From the NCBI GenBank assembly GCA_902613995.1, contig CACMJG010000001.1, positions 19,751-83,750 of the forward strand: DNA of 64,000 bases, given 5' to 3'. Of this stretch, positions 54,872 through 64,000 are shown piece by piece. This DNA is from an uncultured Alphaproteobacteria bacterium. GTDB taxonomy: Bacteria; Pseudomonadota; Alphaproteobacteria; Methylaequorales; Methylaequoraceae. Positions within the stretch are counted from its first letter, which is position 1. Every line of letters starts with the position of its first letter. Made by a program: the position numbers and the translations under genes. The notes under the pieces are model-generated. The model was not told the origin of the DNA. It saw only the letters and a program-made list of their open reading frames with translations, and did not search any database.

Positions 54872-57800
54872 TTAATTAAATTGCTGAACATCAATAATTC
54901 CGTCAATTGAATTAATTCTGTCCATAAAATTTAAATCAACATTAAAATTTTTTAAACTTTTAATTTTTATTTTTTTATTATTATGAATTAAAAAAAAGGA
55001 GATTTTATTTCTTCCATTAGCGCTATTTTTTATTAATTTTTCGAATTCTACTAAATCTAGTTTATTCGAATCAAAGAAAACATTATATTTTAGATTATTA
55101 TTTTCCATTTTATTAATTTTTTTAATATCACTCACAACCAGCCTTAGCGTATCTCTCATTAATTGCTGCGAAATTTTAAAGAAATACATATCTCCAACTT
55201 TTAATTCAAAATCTATATTATCAAGAACTTCAGAAAAACAAATTACATCTAAGTTACAAGAATCGTCACCTATATTAAAAAAACAGAATTTTTTCCCGGT
55301 TTTCGTTATTCTTTCATTTACAGAATTTATAATGACAACAAATCTTTTTGCAGTAGTTGAACCCTTTTCTCTATTATTATAGTTTAAAAAATCTAGATCC
55401 AGAATTTCAGAGTTACTCATTATTTTTTTATAAATTTTTGTTGGATGATCAGAGAGATAAAAACCAAAAGCATCTATCTCCTTTTCTAATTTTTCGTAAA
55501 GATCCCAATCTTTATAATTCTTAATTACTATTTTGTCTGAATCCTCAGATTCAGGAAAAAGCATAGATTGTTTTTCATGAAAGTTTTTATGAAAATTTGT
55601 ACTATATATTAGTATTTTATCAATGCTATCAAAAAGTGACTTTTGATTCTCTTTTAATGACTTTAAAGCATTTGAAAAAATTAATGCCTCTAATACTTTT
55701 CTATTAAGAACATTGTTTGATACCCTTTTAAGTAAATCAATTATATTTTTAAAAAGACCATTTTTTTTTCTTTCATTTACTAAATCTTCAATTGAAGCAA
55801 CACCAATATTTTTGATAGCAGCTAAACCAAATTTTATAGATTGCGGGTTATTTAATTTATCGTAATTTACTGTAAAATTTGTATCTGAAATATTTACATC
55901 TGGTCTAATGATTTCAAAACCCAACTTGTTTATTTCGTTACAGTAAACCGAAAGTTTTTCAAAATTATTGATATCACAATTCATCAATGCACATAGAAAT
56001 TCAAGCGGATAGTTTGATTTAAGAAATGCCGTTTGATATGCAATCATCGCGTATGCTGCAGCATGACTTTTATTAAAACCATAACCTGCGAATTTAGCAA
56101 TTTCATCAAATAATTGCGAAGCTTTGTCTGAATCAATCATATTTTTTTTTGTTCCATATATAAACTCTTCTCTCTGCGCAGCCATCTCAGATTTTATTTT
56201 TTTCCCCATAGCTCGTCTTAATAAATCAGCTTTTGCTAGGCTAAATCCAGCCAATTTTTGAGCAATCAACATAACTTGTTCTTGATAGACCATTATTCCA
56301 TAAGTCTCATCCAAAATTTCTTTCAAATCTTCGTGAATATAGCTATAATTTTCTTTTTTTTGTTTTCTGTTTATATAAGTTGGTATGTTATCCATTGGAC
56401 CAGGTCGATAAAGTGATACAATTGCTATTAAGTCCTCGAAACGATCTGGTTGTATTTTAATTATTGTATCCCGCATTCCCTGCCCCTCCAATTGGAAAAC
56501 ACCGGTTGTAAGACCATCTCTTAACATTTTATAAGTTTTCGAATCGTCAAGTTTGATATTTGCAATGTCTAGATCAATTGATCTTTTTTTTTTTAATATT
56601 TTTAATGTCTCATCAATCACTGTTAATGTTTTTAAACCTAAAAAATCAAATTTAATTAATCCTATCTTTTCTACATATTTCATTGAAAATTGTGTGACAG
56701 GAATTTCTGATTTTGGATCTTTGTACAAAGGTATATGTTCGTCTAAACGGTTTTCTGCAATAACAATCCCTGCAGCATGAGTCGAAGCATGTCTAAATAA
56801 ACCCTCTAAATTTCCAGAAATTTCAAATAATGTTCTCAAATTTTTATCATTATTCATCATTTTTTTTATTTGAGTATCATCATTGACAAGCTGCTTAAGA
56901 CTTACAGGATTTGCCGGATTAAAGGGAATAAGTTTACATATGTTATCCACTTGAGCTAATGGAAGTTGCATTACCCGTCCAACATCTCTCAAAGCTGCAC
57001 GTGCTTGAAAAGAACCAAAAGTTATTATCTGAGCAACATTTAGCTTACCGTATTTCTTTTGTACGTACTTAATTACTTCGTCCCTTTTTTCCATACAAAA
57101 ATCAATATCAAAATCAGGTAAGGATATTCTTTCAGGATTTAAAAATCTCTCAAAGATAAGACCAAATTTTAATGGATCAAGATCTGTAATTGAAAGACAC
57201 CAAGCAACTAAAGATCCAGCTCCAGAGCCTCTTCCAGGTCCTACAGGAATATTATTTTTTTTTGCCCATTTAATAAAATCAGAGACTATAAGAAAATAGC
57301 TCGCATATCCCATCTTCGTGATTACTTCGATTTCAAAATTTAATCTATCAAAGTATTTTTTTTTAATTGTGGTTTGTTGTTTTCCTATTTTTTTTTGCAA
57401 TCCACTAATTGAGTTTTTTTTTAATAATGTGTTTTCATCAATATCATTTGACTTAATTTTAGGTAAACAAGGCGGTTTTTCTCTCAAATAAAATGAACAC
57501 TTCCTAGCTAAGATAACACTATTTTCAATAGCATGTGGTATGTCTTGAAAAAGTTTATTCATTTCTTCAACACTTTTTAGATAAAATTCATCATCACTTT
57601 TAAATCTATCATCGCTTTCAATATATTTCTGTTGAGCAATACTAAGTAACGCATCATGTGTATTAAAATAACTTTTAGATAAATAAAAATTTTCATTTGT
57701 AGCAACAATTGGTATTTGTTTATCTACAGAGTTTAATAACAAATAATTTTCAAGATTTTGAACACTAATTTTTTTGTATCTTTGTATCTCTAAAAAAAAG

Positions 57801-58291
57801 TTATTCGAGAAATTATCTTTTAATAGTTCAATTAATTGATCTGCCAAATGAGAATTTTCTTCAAAATTTTTAGTTATGATTCCATTAATACCGCCAGCTA
57901 AACAAATTAAACCATCCTTGGAGCTTATTACTTGATTTAGTGAAACAACTGGAGTGTTTGAATCAGAGTTATCCAAATAGGCCTTAGTTACCAAATTTAC
58001 TAAATTTCTATACCCAATTTCGTTTTTACACAATAATAAAATATTTCCATCTTTAAATCCTTTTGTTGTAACTGATAAATTTAGTCCTACTATTGGCTGA
58101 ATTCCTAATTTTTTGCATTCAATACAAAACTCGAGAGAACCGAATAGATTGTTAAAGTCGGTAATGGCAGCTGCAGGTACATTTTCCTTTTTACAAAAAT
58201 CTATTAGTTCATTTATTCTTAATGCACCCTTAGACAGAGAATACTGAGTATAATTTCTTAGAGGAATAAATCTATTTATTTGTGTAGTCAA
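54872..58291 (-). CDS. dnaE: DNA polymerase III alpha subunit
   Basis: 1139 aa. It has a PHP domain, a polymerase core (GPGRGSGAGSLVAWCLSITDLDP, PDFDIDF) and an OB fold. The start overlaps the lolD 3' end by 20 nt. Confidence 0.97.
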   Translation of the reverse strand: MTTQINRFIPLRNYTQYSLSKGALRINELIDFCKKENVPAAAITDFNNLFGSLEFCIECKKLGIQPIVGLNLSVTTKGFKDGNILLLCKNEIGYRNLVNLVTKAYLDNSDSNTPVVSLNQVISSKDGLICLAGGINGIITKNFEENSHLADQLIELLKDNFSNNFFLEIQRYKKISVQNLENYLLLNSVDKQIPIVATNENFYLSKSYFNTHDALLSIAQQKYIESDDRFKSDDEFYLKSVEEMNKLFQDIPHAIENSVILARKCSFYLREKPPCLPKIKSNDIDENTLLKKNSISGLQKKIGKQQTTIKKKYFDRLNFEIEVITKMGYASYFLIVSDFIKWAKKNNIPVGPGRGSGAGSLVAWCLSITDLDPLKFGLIFERFLNPERISLPDFDIDFCMEKRDEVIKYVQKKYGKLNVAQIITFGSFQARAALRDVGRVMQLPLAQVDNICKLIPFNPANPVSLKQLVNDDTQIKKMMNNDKNLRTLFEISGNLEGLFRHASTHAAGIVIAENRLDEHIPLYKDPKSEIPVTQFSMKYVEKIGLIKFDFLGLKTLTVIDETLKILKKKRSIDLDIANIKLDDSKTYKMLRDGLTTGVFQLEGQGMRDTIIKIQPDRFEDLIAIVSLYRPGPMDNIPTYINRKQKKENYSYIHEDLKEILDETYGIMVYQEQVMLIAQKLAGFSLAKADLLRRAMGKKIKSEMAAQREEFIYGTKKNMIDSDKASQLFDEIAKFAGYGFNKSHAAAYAMIAYQTAFLKSNYPLEFLCALMNCDINNFEKLSVYCNEINKLGFEIIRPDVNISDTNFTVNYDKLNNPQSIKFGLAAIKNIGVASIEDLVNERKKNGLFKNIIDLLKRVSNNVLNRKVLEALIFSNALKSLKENQKSLFDSIDKILIYSTNFHKNFHEKQSMLFPESEDSDKIVIKNYKDWDLYEKLEKEIDAFGFYLSDHPTKIYKKIMSNSEILDLDFLNYNNREKGSTTAKRFVVIINSVNERITKTGKKFCFFNIGDDSCNLDVICFSEVLDNIDFELKVGDMYFFKISQQLMRDTLRLVVSDIKKINKMENNNLKYNVFFDSNKLDLVEFEKLIKNSANGRNKISFFLIHNNKKIKIKSLKNFNVDLNFMDRINSIDGIIDVQQFN

Positions 58292-58949
58292 TTAATTTTC
58301 CACCTTCCATTAAAAAACATTTATCTAATAACTTAACCAAATTAAGATTATGTGTTGCTAAAACAGTAATAATTTTAAGTTCTTTAGATAATTTTCTGAT
58401 AAAATTAAAAACAATTTTGGTATTTTCATGATCCAGACTACCTGTAGGTTCATCAGCCAATAATATTTTTGGACTTTTAATTAAAGCTCTGGCTATAGCA
58501 ACTCTTTGCTGCTCACCACCTGATAATAAGCCAGGCTTGAACTTATTTCTATTCGAAATTCCAAGAAGATGTAAATAATCATTAGCTTTTGAAATTGACT
58601 TTCTAAATGAATTTCCATTAATTAAAAGAGGCAGTGCAACATTTTCTTCAACATTAAAGTCTTCAAGAAGTTGATTATTTTGAAAAATAAATCCTATATT
58701 TTCTTTTCTAAAGATTACTTTTTCTTCGTCTTTCATCTCGTTTAAATCAACATTGCAAATTTTAAGATTTCCGGAGGATGGCTGCTCTAAAAGCCCAATT
58801 AAATTTAATAAAGTACTTTTTCCTGAGCCGGATGGACCAATAATACCAACGTTTTCATTATAATTTACATGTAAACAAAGTTTATTTAGTACTATTACTT
58901 TTGTTTTCCCTTGTATATATTCTTTAGCTATATCATTGAGTATTATCAA
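58272..58949 (-). CDS. lolD: Lipoprotein-releasing ABC transporter ATP-binding protein
   Basis: 225 aa. It has Walker A GPSGSGKST, the signature LSGGEQQRVAIARAL and Walker B LLADEPTG. It lies downstream of the lolC/E permease. Confidence 0.88.
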   Translation of the reverse strand: MIILNDIAKEYIQGKTKVIVLNKLCLHVNYNENVGIIGPSGSGKSTLLNLIGLLEQPSSGNLKICNVDLNEMKDEEKVIFRKENIGFIFQNNQLLEDFNVEENVALPLLINGNSFRKSISKANDYLHLLGISNRNKFKPGLLSGGEQQRVAIARALIKSPKILLADEPTGSLDHENTKIVFNFIRKLSKELKIITVLATHNLNLVKLLDKCFLMEGGKLIDYTNK

Positions 58950-58950
58950 C

Positions 58951-60198
58951 TTAATCCCACTTTATCAAATTTATAGGCTCAACTTTAGTTGCTTTTATAG
59001 AAGGATAGACTGTTGCTGCAAAAGATAAAAATAAAGAAATGCTACATATTTTAATTATCTGTGAACTATTTATAATTATAGGTAAATTAGAAAAAAAATA
59101 AATTTCTTCTGAAAATAAGCTTGAACCAGTAAAAAATTCAATGAAACTTTTAATTTCATTTATATTTATACAAAACGATAGTCCTAAAATAACACCAAGA
59201 ACGGTTCCCAAAAACCCTATTAAAAAACCATTTAGAATAAAAATTCTTAAAAGCTGAAATTTTGAAATACCTAATACTCTTAATACCCCTATATCTTTTT
59301 TTTTATTAGAAACTAAAATCATCATTGAAGAAATTAAATTAAATGCTGCAACTATTATTATTAATAAAAGTATCAAAAACATTACATTCCTCTCAACCTC
59401 AATTGCATTAAACAAAGAGGGATTTAATTCTCGCCAGTCTACAATTTTCAAATAATCTGGTACTATTTTTCTTAAATTTGATTTAATTAATTCCAAATTA
59501 TTAAAATTCTCAACAATGATTTCGTAATGATCAATTCGTCCATTATTATCTAAAAACTTTTGAAGTAAATTTATTGGCATAAAAATTAAAGAAGTATCAT
59601 ATTCGTACATTCCGATATTAAAAAAGCCAACTATCTTAAAATTTGCTGATCTTGGAAGATTTCCGAAAATGGTCTCATAATTTTGTGATGACATGATTGT
59701 CAAATAATCACCAATATTAAGACCAAGTTTTTTTTTTAATTTTTCACCTACAAAAATTCCTTTGTTACTCTTAAAATCTTGAATAAATTCTTTCGAAATT
59801 GATTTTGTAAGAATATTTCTCTCTAAAAAAAAATTTTCTGTCACTCCTTTAATTAACACTCCACTTGAGTATTTTTTAAAAGTCAAAAGACCCTGACTTG
59901 TTACAACTTTATGTATTATGAGGTTTTTATCGACATCGACTATTTTTTCTGCAAATTTCGAATCATTTTTCAATCCATTACCAACGGAAGACTTTATCTT
60001 CAGATGACCATTGATACCCAAAATTTTGGACGTTAATTCCTCTCTAAAGCCATTCATTACTGACATTACTATTATCAAGGTAGCAACTCCCAATGAAATG
60101 CCTAAAAAAGAAAAAAGTGTTACAACTGAAAAGAATTTTTCTTTTGTTTTAGGGAAAAGATATTTAAAAGAAATCCAAGTCTCGAAAAAAGATATCAT
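58951..60198 (-). CDS. lolC: Lipoprotein-releasing system permease LolC/LolE family
   Basis: 415 aa. It has the MacB-like architecture: transmembrane segment 1, a large periplasmic domain and a C-terminal FtsX 3-TM bundle. Confidence 0.88.
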   Translation of the reverse strand: MISFFETWISFKYLFPKTKEKFFSVVTLFSFLGISLGVATLIIVMSVMNGFREELTSKILGINGHLKIKSSVGNGLKNDSKFAEKIVDVDKNLIIHKVVTSQGLLTFKKYSSGVLIKGVTENFFLERNILTKSISKEFIQDFKSNKGIFVGEKLKKKLGLNIGDYLTIMSSQNYETIFGNLPRSANFKIVGFFNIGMYEYDTSLIFMPINLLQKFLDNNGRIDHYEIIVENFNNLELIKSNLRKIVPDYLKIVDWRELNPSLFNAIEVERNVMFLILLLIIIVAAFNLISSMMILVSNKKKDIGVLRVLGISKFQLLRIFILNGFLIGFLGTVLGVILGLSFCININEIKSFIEFFTGSSLFSEEIYFFSNLPIIINSSQIIKICSISLFLSFAATVYPSIKATKVEPINLIKWD

Positions 60199-61484
60199 TC
60201 ATTACATCCAATCATCTTTAGAATTTTATCCATCGCATTTACAACATCAATATTCATTTGATCTTTATTTGCTCTTTTCAAAATACTTATCTCGCGATTT
60301 TTTTTAAACGAGTTACCACAAATAATCTGCAATGGAATTCCAATTAAATCTGCATCAGAAAACTTTTTACCAGGTCTTTCATTTCTATCGTCGTAAATAA
60401 TATCAATGTTTCTATCCTTAATTTCAGTATAGAATTTCTCGCAAAACTCTGAACATTCAGAATCGTCATTATTTAAATTTATAAGATGAATTGAAAACGG
60501 AGATAATGTTTTTGGCCAGATAATACCGTTATTATCATTTGACAATTCAATTGCTGCTGCTGGTATTCTTGAAATTCCGATTCCATACGAACCCATATAT
60601 GGTGTCAATTTACCATTTTCAGAATCAACATTAAAATTAAATGAGCTTGAATATTTAGTCCCGAATAGAAAAATGTGCCCAAGTTCAATGCTTCTAAATT
60701 TTTCAAGATAGTTTTTATTTTCTATTTCTTTATAATAATCGTCAGTATAGGAATCTAAATTTAAAATTTGGCTCAATTCATAATTCTCAAAACTTTGATC
60801 TAAAAGTTTAGTATCTAAAAAAATTTCTGATTCACCTGAACTCACAATTAAATGAAACTCATGAGACAAGTTTCCACCAATTTCTCCACTTGGAGCTCTG
60901 ACGGGAATAACAGGAATACCAAGTTGATTAAAAAGTTTTAAATAAAGCTTAAAAAATTCACAATAGGTTTTCTCTCCATTATCACTGTCAATGTCAAAGC
61001 TGTATGCATCTTTCATTATAAATTCTCTTGCTCTCATAACACCAAACCTTGGTCTTATCTCATCTCTAAATTTTGTTTGTATATGATAAAATTTTCTCGG
61101 AAGGTTTTTGTAACTTTTTATATATTGTTTTCCAATTGCGGTAATCATTTCTTCATTAGTAGGGCCATATAAAAGGTCTTTATCATTTCTATCAATGATT
61201 CTTAACATTTCCTTTCCATAGGTATCATAACGATTGCTTATTCTCCAGATATCTGAGCTTTGGATTGTAGGCATTAACATTTGATTTATTCCATTTTTGT
61301 CATGCAACTGTTCAACTTTGTCAATAATCTTTTTCAAGACTCTATACCCTAGGGGCATCCAACTATATATTCCTGAGGTTTCTTGCCTTATCATTCCTGA
61401 CCTTATCATTAAGTCGTGAGAACGCATTTTCACATCACTAGGTGATTCTTTAAGTGTCGGTATAAAAAAATTAGAAAATTTCAT
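60195..61484 (-). CDS. proS: Prolyl-tRNA synthetase (short alphaproteobacterial type without the INS editing domain)
   Basis: 429 aa. Class II motifs are present (FRDEIRPRFGVMRAREF, GSYGIGISR). The length is too short to contain the bacterial INS domain. Confidence 0.93.
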   Translation of the reverse strand: MKFSNFFIPTLKESPSDVKMRSHDLMIRSGMIRQETSGIYSWMPLGYRVLKKIIDKVEQLHDKNGINQMLMPTIQSSDIWRISNRYDTYGKEMLRIIDRNDKDLLYGPTNEEMITAIGKQYIKSYKNLPRKFYHIQTKFRDEIRPRFGVMRAREFIMKDAYSFDIDSDNGEKTYCEFFKLYLKLFNQLGIPVIPVRAPSGEIGGNLSHEFHLIVSSGESEIFLDTKLLDQSFENYELSQILNLDSYTDDYYKEIENKNYLEKFRSIELGHIFLFGTKYSSSFNFNVDSENGKLTPYMGSYGIGISRIPAAAIELSNDNNGIIWPKTLSPFSIHLINLNNDDSECSEFCEKFYTEIKDRNIDIIYDDRNERPGKKFSDADLIGIPLQIICGNSFKKNREISILKRANKDQMNIDVVNAMDKILKMIGCNE

Positions 61485-61689
61485 TTTTTATAATAGCAAC
61501 TATTATAGACAAAAAAAAAGAAATAAATGATGTCAAAATTATCTTTTTTTTTAACATTGGGTTTTTTGGGGCACCAGGATCATTTCCTCCTACTATTTCG
61601 TCGTCTTTCTGAATTCCAAACGGAAGAACCATGAATAATACCAACCACCAGATAACAACAAATATAACAATTATTTCAAGACCGAACAA
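61471..61689 (-). CDS. Small membrane protein, DUF1467 family
   Basis: 72 aa. It has two transmembrane helices flanking GGNDPGAPKNP. It lies in a conserved position between mce and proS in Alphaproteobacteria. Confidence 0.7.
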   Translation of the reverse strand: MFGLEIIVIFVVIWWLVLFMVLPFGIQKDDEIVGGNDPGAPKNPMLKKKIILTSFISFFLSIIVAIIKNEIF

Positions 61690-61691
61690 AT

Positions 61692-62096
61692 CTACTCCTG
61701 TTCAAGTTCAATTAATGTACCATAGAAATCTTTTGGGTGTAAAAAAATTACTGGTTTATTATGAGCCCCTCTTTTAGGAGTTTCATCACCTAAAATTCGT
61801 ACGCCATTTTTTTTGAGTTTGTCAACTGCCTTTTTTATGTCCTTTACCTCAATGCATATGTGATGAATGGATCCGTTTTTGTTATTTTCTAAAAACTTAC
61901 TTATTGGAGAGTTTTCTCCATAAGGGTGCATAAGTTCAATTTTTGTATTTTCTAATTCAATAAATACAACGCTAACGCCATGCTCAGCATAATCACAAAT
62001 TTCAGAAACATTCGCTCCTAAAACTTCTTTATATTTTTGTTTTGCAGCATTTAGGTCCGGGACAACTATAGCAACGTGATTAAATTTCGTAATCAT
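61692..62096 (-). CDS. mce: Methylmalonyl-CoA epimerase (VOC/glyoxalase superfamily)
   Basis: 134 aa. It contains FNHVAIVVPDL, HHICIEVKDI and GTLIELEQ. Confidence 0.85.
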   Translation of the reverse strand: MITKFNHVAIVVPDLNAAKQKYKEVLGANVSEICDYAEHGVSVVFIELENTKIELMHPYGENSPISKFLENNKNGSIHHICIEVKDIKKAVDKLKKNGVRILGDETPKRGAHNKPVIFLHPKDFYGTLIELEQE

Positions 62097-62110
62097 TAGA
62101 ATATTATAAT

Positions 62111-63760
62111 CTAAATTCTTACAATCTCAACACAGGTTAAAGGTTTTAGTCCAATTTTCTCTTTAAGGTATCCTCTTATTTGAATTTTAATTTCATTTCG
62201 CAAAACATCGTCGTCAATAGACTTGCTGGATAAATGCTTAATAGAATCCGAAAGAATTTCGCTAAGTTCTTTTTTGTTTATTTCCTCTAACAATATCGAT
62301 TTGCTATAAATTACTGGATCAGTCAACAATCTATCCTGAACATTCATAATCAAATTAACAAACACCTCACCATTGGTAGAAATAAAGTCTAAATCTTTTA
62401 AGAACTTATGATCAATTGGAATGATTTTATTACCCTTTAAAACATTTCTGCCAAAATGCACCTTTGCAAGAATCTGCTTCGTAGAGTCATTATTTAATTT
62501 AACAAGGTCTCCATTTTCGACTAACAATTGATTCTTTATTCCACATTTTTTTGAGAATTCGATATGTTCATTTAGATGCCTGTATTCACCATGAATTGGA
62601 ATCAATAAGTCTGGTAAAACCATATCATACATTTTTTTAAGTTCACCTCTTGATGGATGTCCAGAAACATGAACTTTGGCATTAGAATCGTCTAACAAAG
62701 TGCAGCCATTCCTTGATACAACCGACTTGATCTGATTTATTCTTTTTTCATTACCTGGAATTTCTCTAGACGAAAAAATTACAGTATCATTTTTTTCTAG
62801 TTTAAAAGATTTATGCCTCCCTTCAACAAGTCTACTCAATGCAGCTCTATTTTCACCCTGACTACCTGTACAAATAACAACTAAGTCGTCTTCTGAAATC
62901 ATTTCTGCTTCTTTTTCTGTTACAATATTATTGAATCCTAGTAAAAGATTGTTTTCTTTTGCTGACTCAATTATTTTTTGCAAGGATCTACCAAGAAATA
63001 AACAACATTTGTTTGAGTTTTTTGATACTTCTAGAATAGTTTCAACTCTTGCCACATTTGATGCAAAACAAGTTATGATGATTTTTCCCCTTTTTTTGTT
63101 AGAAAATATTTTTTGGAGATTCTCTCTTACCTCTGCTTCACTTCCTGATGAGTTGACTTCAAAAACGTTTGTTGAATCACAAACCAGTACATCAACACCT
63201 TCATCTACAAGTTTTTTAAAGCTATTTTTATCTAATGGTTTTCCTATCAAAGGATTTGGATCAAGTTTCCAATCACCCGAATGAAGGATATTCCCCTGTT
63301 TTGTTTTTATCATTACTGCATTAGATTCTGGTATTGAATGAGTCATGCAATAAATTTCTAAAATAAAGTCATCGATAAGTATTTCCTTACCATATTGCAT
63401 TATATTAATTTTATAATCTGTGAAACCAACTGACGATAATTTTCTTTTTAATACAGATGCTGTAAATGAAGTTGCGTATATTGGAACATTTTTCAGATTT
63501 TTTATTAAGAAGGGTACTGCCCCAATGTGGTCCTCATGAGCGTGAGTTAGGACAAGTGCTGAAAGTTTATCAACTCTTTCTAGAATAAAATCAATATTGG
63601 GCATTATCAAATCATAATTATTTGAATCGTTATCACTAAAAGTCACACCCAAATCGATCATTATCCATTTACCTTCATAGTGATATAAGTTGCAGTTCAT
63701 TCCAATTTCACCAGATCCACCTAAAGGCAAATATAAAAGATCTTTTTTTGTATAATTCAT
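62111..63760 (-). CDS. rnj: Ribonuclease J (metallo-beta-lactamase / beta-CASP RNase)
   Basis: 549 aa. It contains HAHEDHIGA, beta-CASP motifs and VSGH. There is an ATGA overlap with the upstream coaX. Confidence 0.9.
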   Translation of the reverse strand: MNYTKKDLLYLPLGGSGEIGMNCNLYHYEGKWIMIDLGVTFSDNDSNNYDLIMPNIDFILERVDKLSALVLTHAHEDHIGAVPFLIKNLKNVPIYATSFTASVLKRKLSSVGFTDYKINIMQYGKEILIDDFILEIYCMTHSIPESNAVMIKTKQGNILHSGDWKLDPNPLIGKPLDKNSFKKLVDEGVDVLVCDSTNVFEVNSSGSEAEVRENLQKIFSNKKRGKIIITCFASNVARVETILEVSKNSNKCCLFLGRSLQKIIESAKENNLLLGFNNIVTEKEAEMISEDDLVVICTGSQGENRAALSRLVEGRHKSFKLEKNDTVIFSSREIPGNEKRINQIKSVVSRNGCTLLDDSNAKVHVSGHPSRGELKKMYDMVLPDLLIPIHGEYRHLNEHIEFSKKCGIKNQLLVENGDLVKLNNDSTKQILAKVHFGRNVLKGNKIIPIDHKFLKDLDFISTNGEVFVNLIMNVQDRLLTDPVIYSKSILLEEINKKELSEILSDSIKHLSSKSIDDDVLRNEIKIQIRGYLKEKIGLKPLTCVEIVRI

Positions 63761-64000
63761 AATTTTCTAAAATAAGTATTTGTAAGATAATTTAAACCTT
63801 TTGAATTAAAATATTCGTCAATATTAATAACATTTTCAAAACATCCCCTAAAGTATTTAGAATTACCACCTGTTAGTATAATTTGAAACTTAGTTTTTTT
63901 CTCAAGTTGTATTCTATGAATTAGTCCCTGTATCATAGATACATAACCCCAAAAAAAACCAGATTGAATGGCTTCTTTAGTACTTTTACCTACAATTGAA
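63757..64000 (-). CDS. coaX: Type III pantothenate kinase, C-terminal 80 codons (gene runs off the right edge)
   Basis: Absent from the ORF track because it is truncated. My translation in the frame starting at 63999 gives SIVGKSTKEAIQSGFFWGYVSMIQGLIHRIQLEKKTKFQIILTGGNSKYF...*. The G(K)xTxEAIQSG and ILTGG motifs are typical of the CoaX C-terminus. The stop TGA overlaps the rnj ATG. Confidence 0.8.
   Translation of the reverse strand, partial: SIVGKSTKEAIQSGFFWGYVSMIQGLIHRIQLEKKTKFQIILTGGNSKYFRGCFENVINIDEYFNSKGLNYLTNTYFRKL

Overview
This is a very AT-rich (by eye about 70% A+T), extremely gene-dense chromosomal segment. I count 61 protein-coding genes and saw no rRNA, tRNA, CRISPR array, transposase or integrase. 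Gene content and order match classic alphaproteobacterial synteny blocks in a streamlined genome. A Pelagibacterales/SAR11-like origin is my inference and cannot be verified here.

Layout, left to right:
- 1-6494: a DNA-damage locus. It holds umuDC with an alphaproteobacterial SOS box, and the four-gene ligase-associated repair cluster (ATP-dependent ligase, MBL exonuclease, Lhr-core-like helicase, PdeM).
- 6494-11833: rhomboid protease, CoA-transferase, clpB and a beta-hydroxyacid dehydrogenase.
- 22897-11807, minus strand: a 9-gene array of ypjD-like, dusB, ntrB, ntrC, ntrY, ntrX, trkA, dat and hflX, with no hfq.
- 22922-24996: ispDF, pgpA and pncC.
- 30154-24993, minus strand: tpiA, secG, pyrG, kdsA, eno and an ftsB-like gene.
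- 30189-40986: ppiD, trpEGDC, moaC, moeA, lexA, gltX and gltA.
- 54762-40989, minus strand: a 15-gene array of rpsB, tsf, pyrH, frr, uppS, cdsA, dxr, rseP, bamA, skp, lpxD, fabZ, lpxA, lpxI and lpxB.
- 64000-54872, minus strand: coaX, rnj, mce, DUF1467, proS, lolCE, lolD and dnaE.

Intergenic DNA is almost absent. About 20 junctions overlap, and the largest spacer is 109 bp (the rpsB leader).

I found no convincing evidence for a wholly new multi-gene system; every ORF of credible size has a housekeeping or known-family assignment. The observations most worth a second look are:
- the DNA-damage locus and its operator and promoter architecture, with two exact GAAC-N7-GAAC-type LexA boxes and apparently leaderless starts;
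- an 11-nt poly-G tract inside lpxA;
- a GC-rich structured rpsB 5' leader;
- loss of hfq at its syntenic position;
- retention of ntrBC with an intact sigma-54 interaction motif;
- convergent genes that share stop codons with no room for terminators.

All calls rest on reading the translated ORFs and the DNA by eye. No database search was possible.
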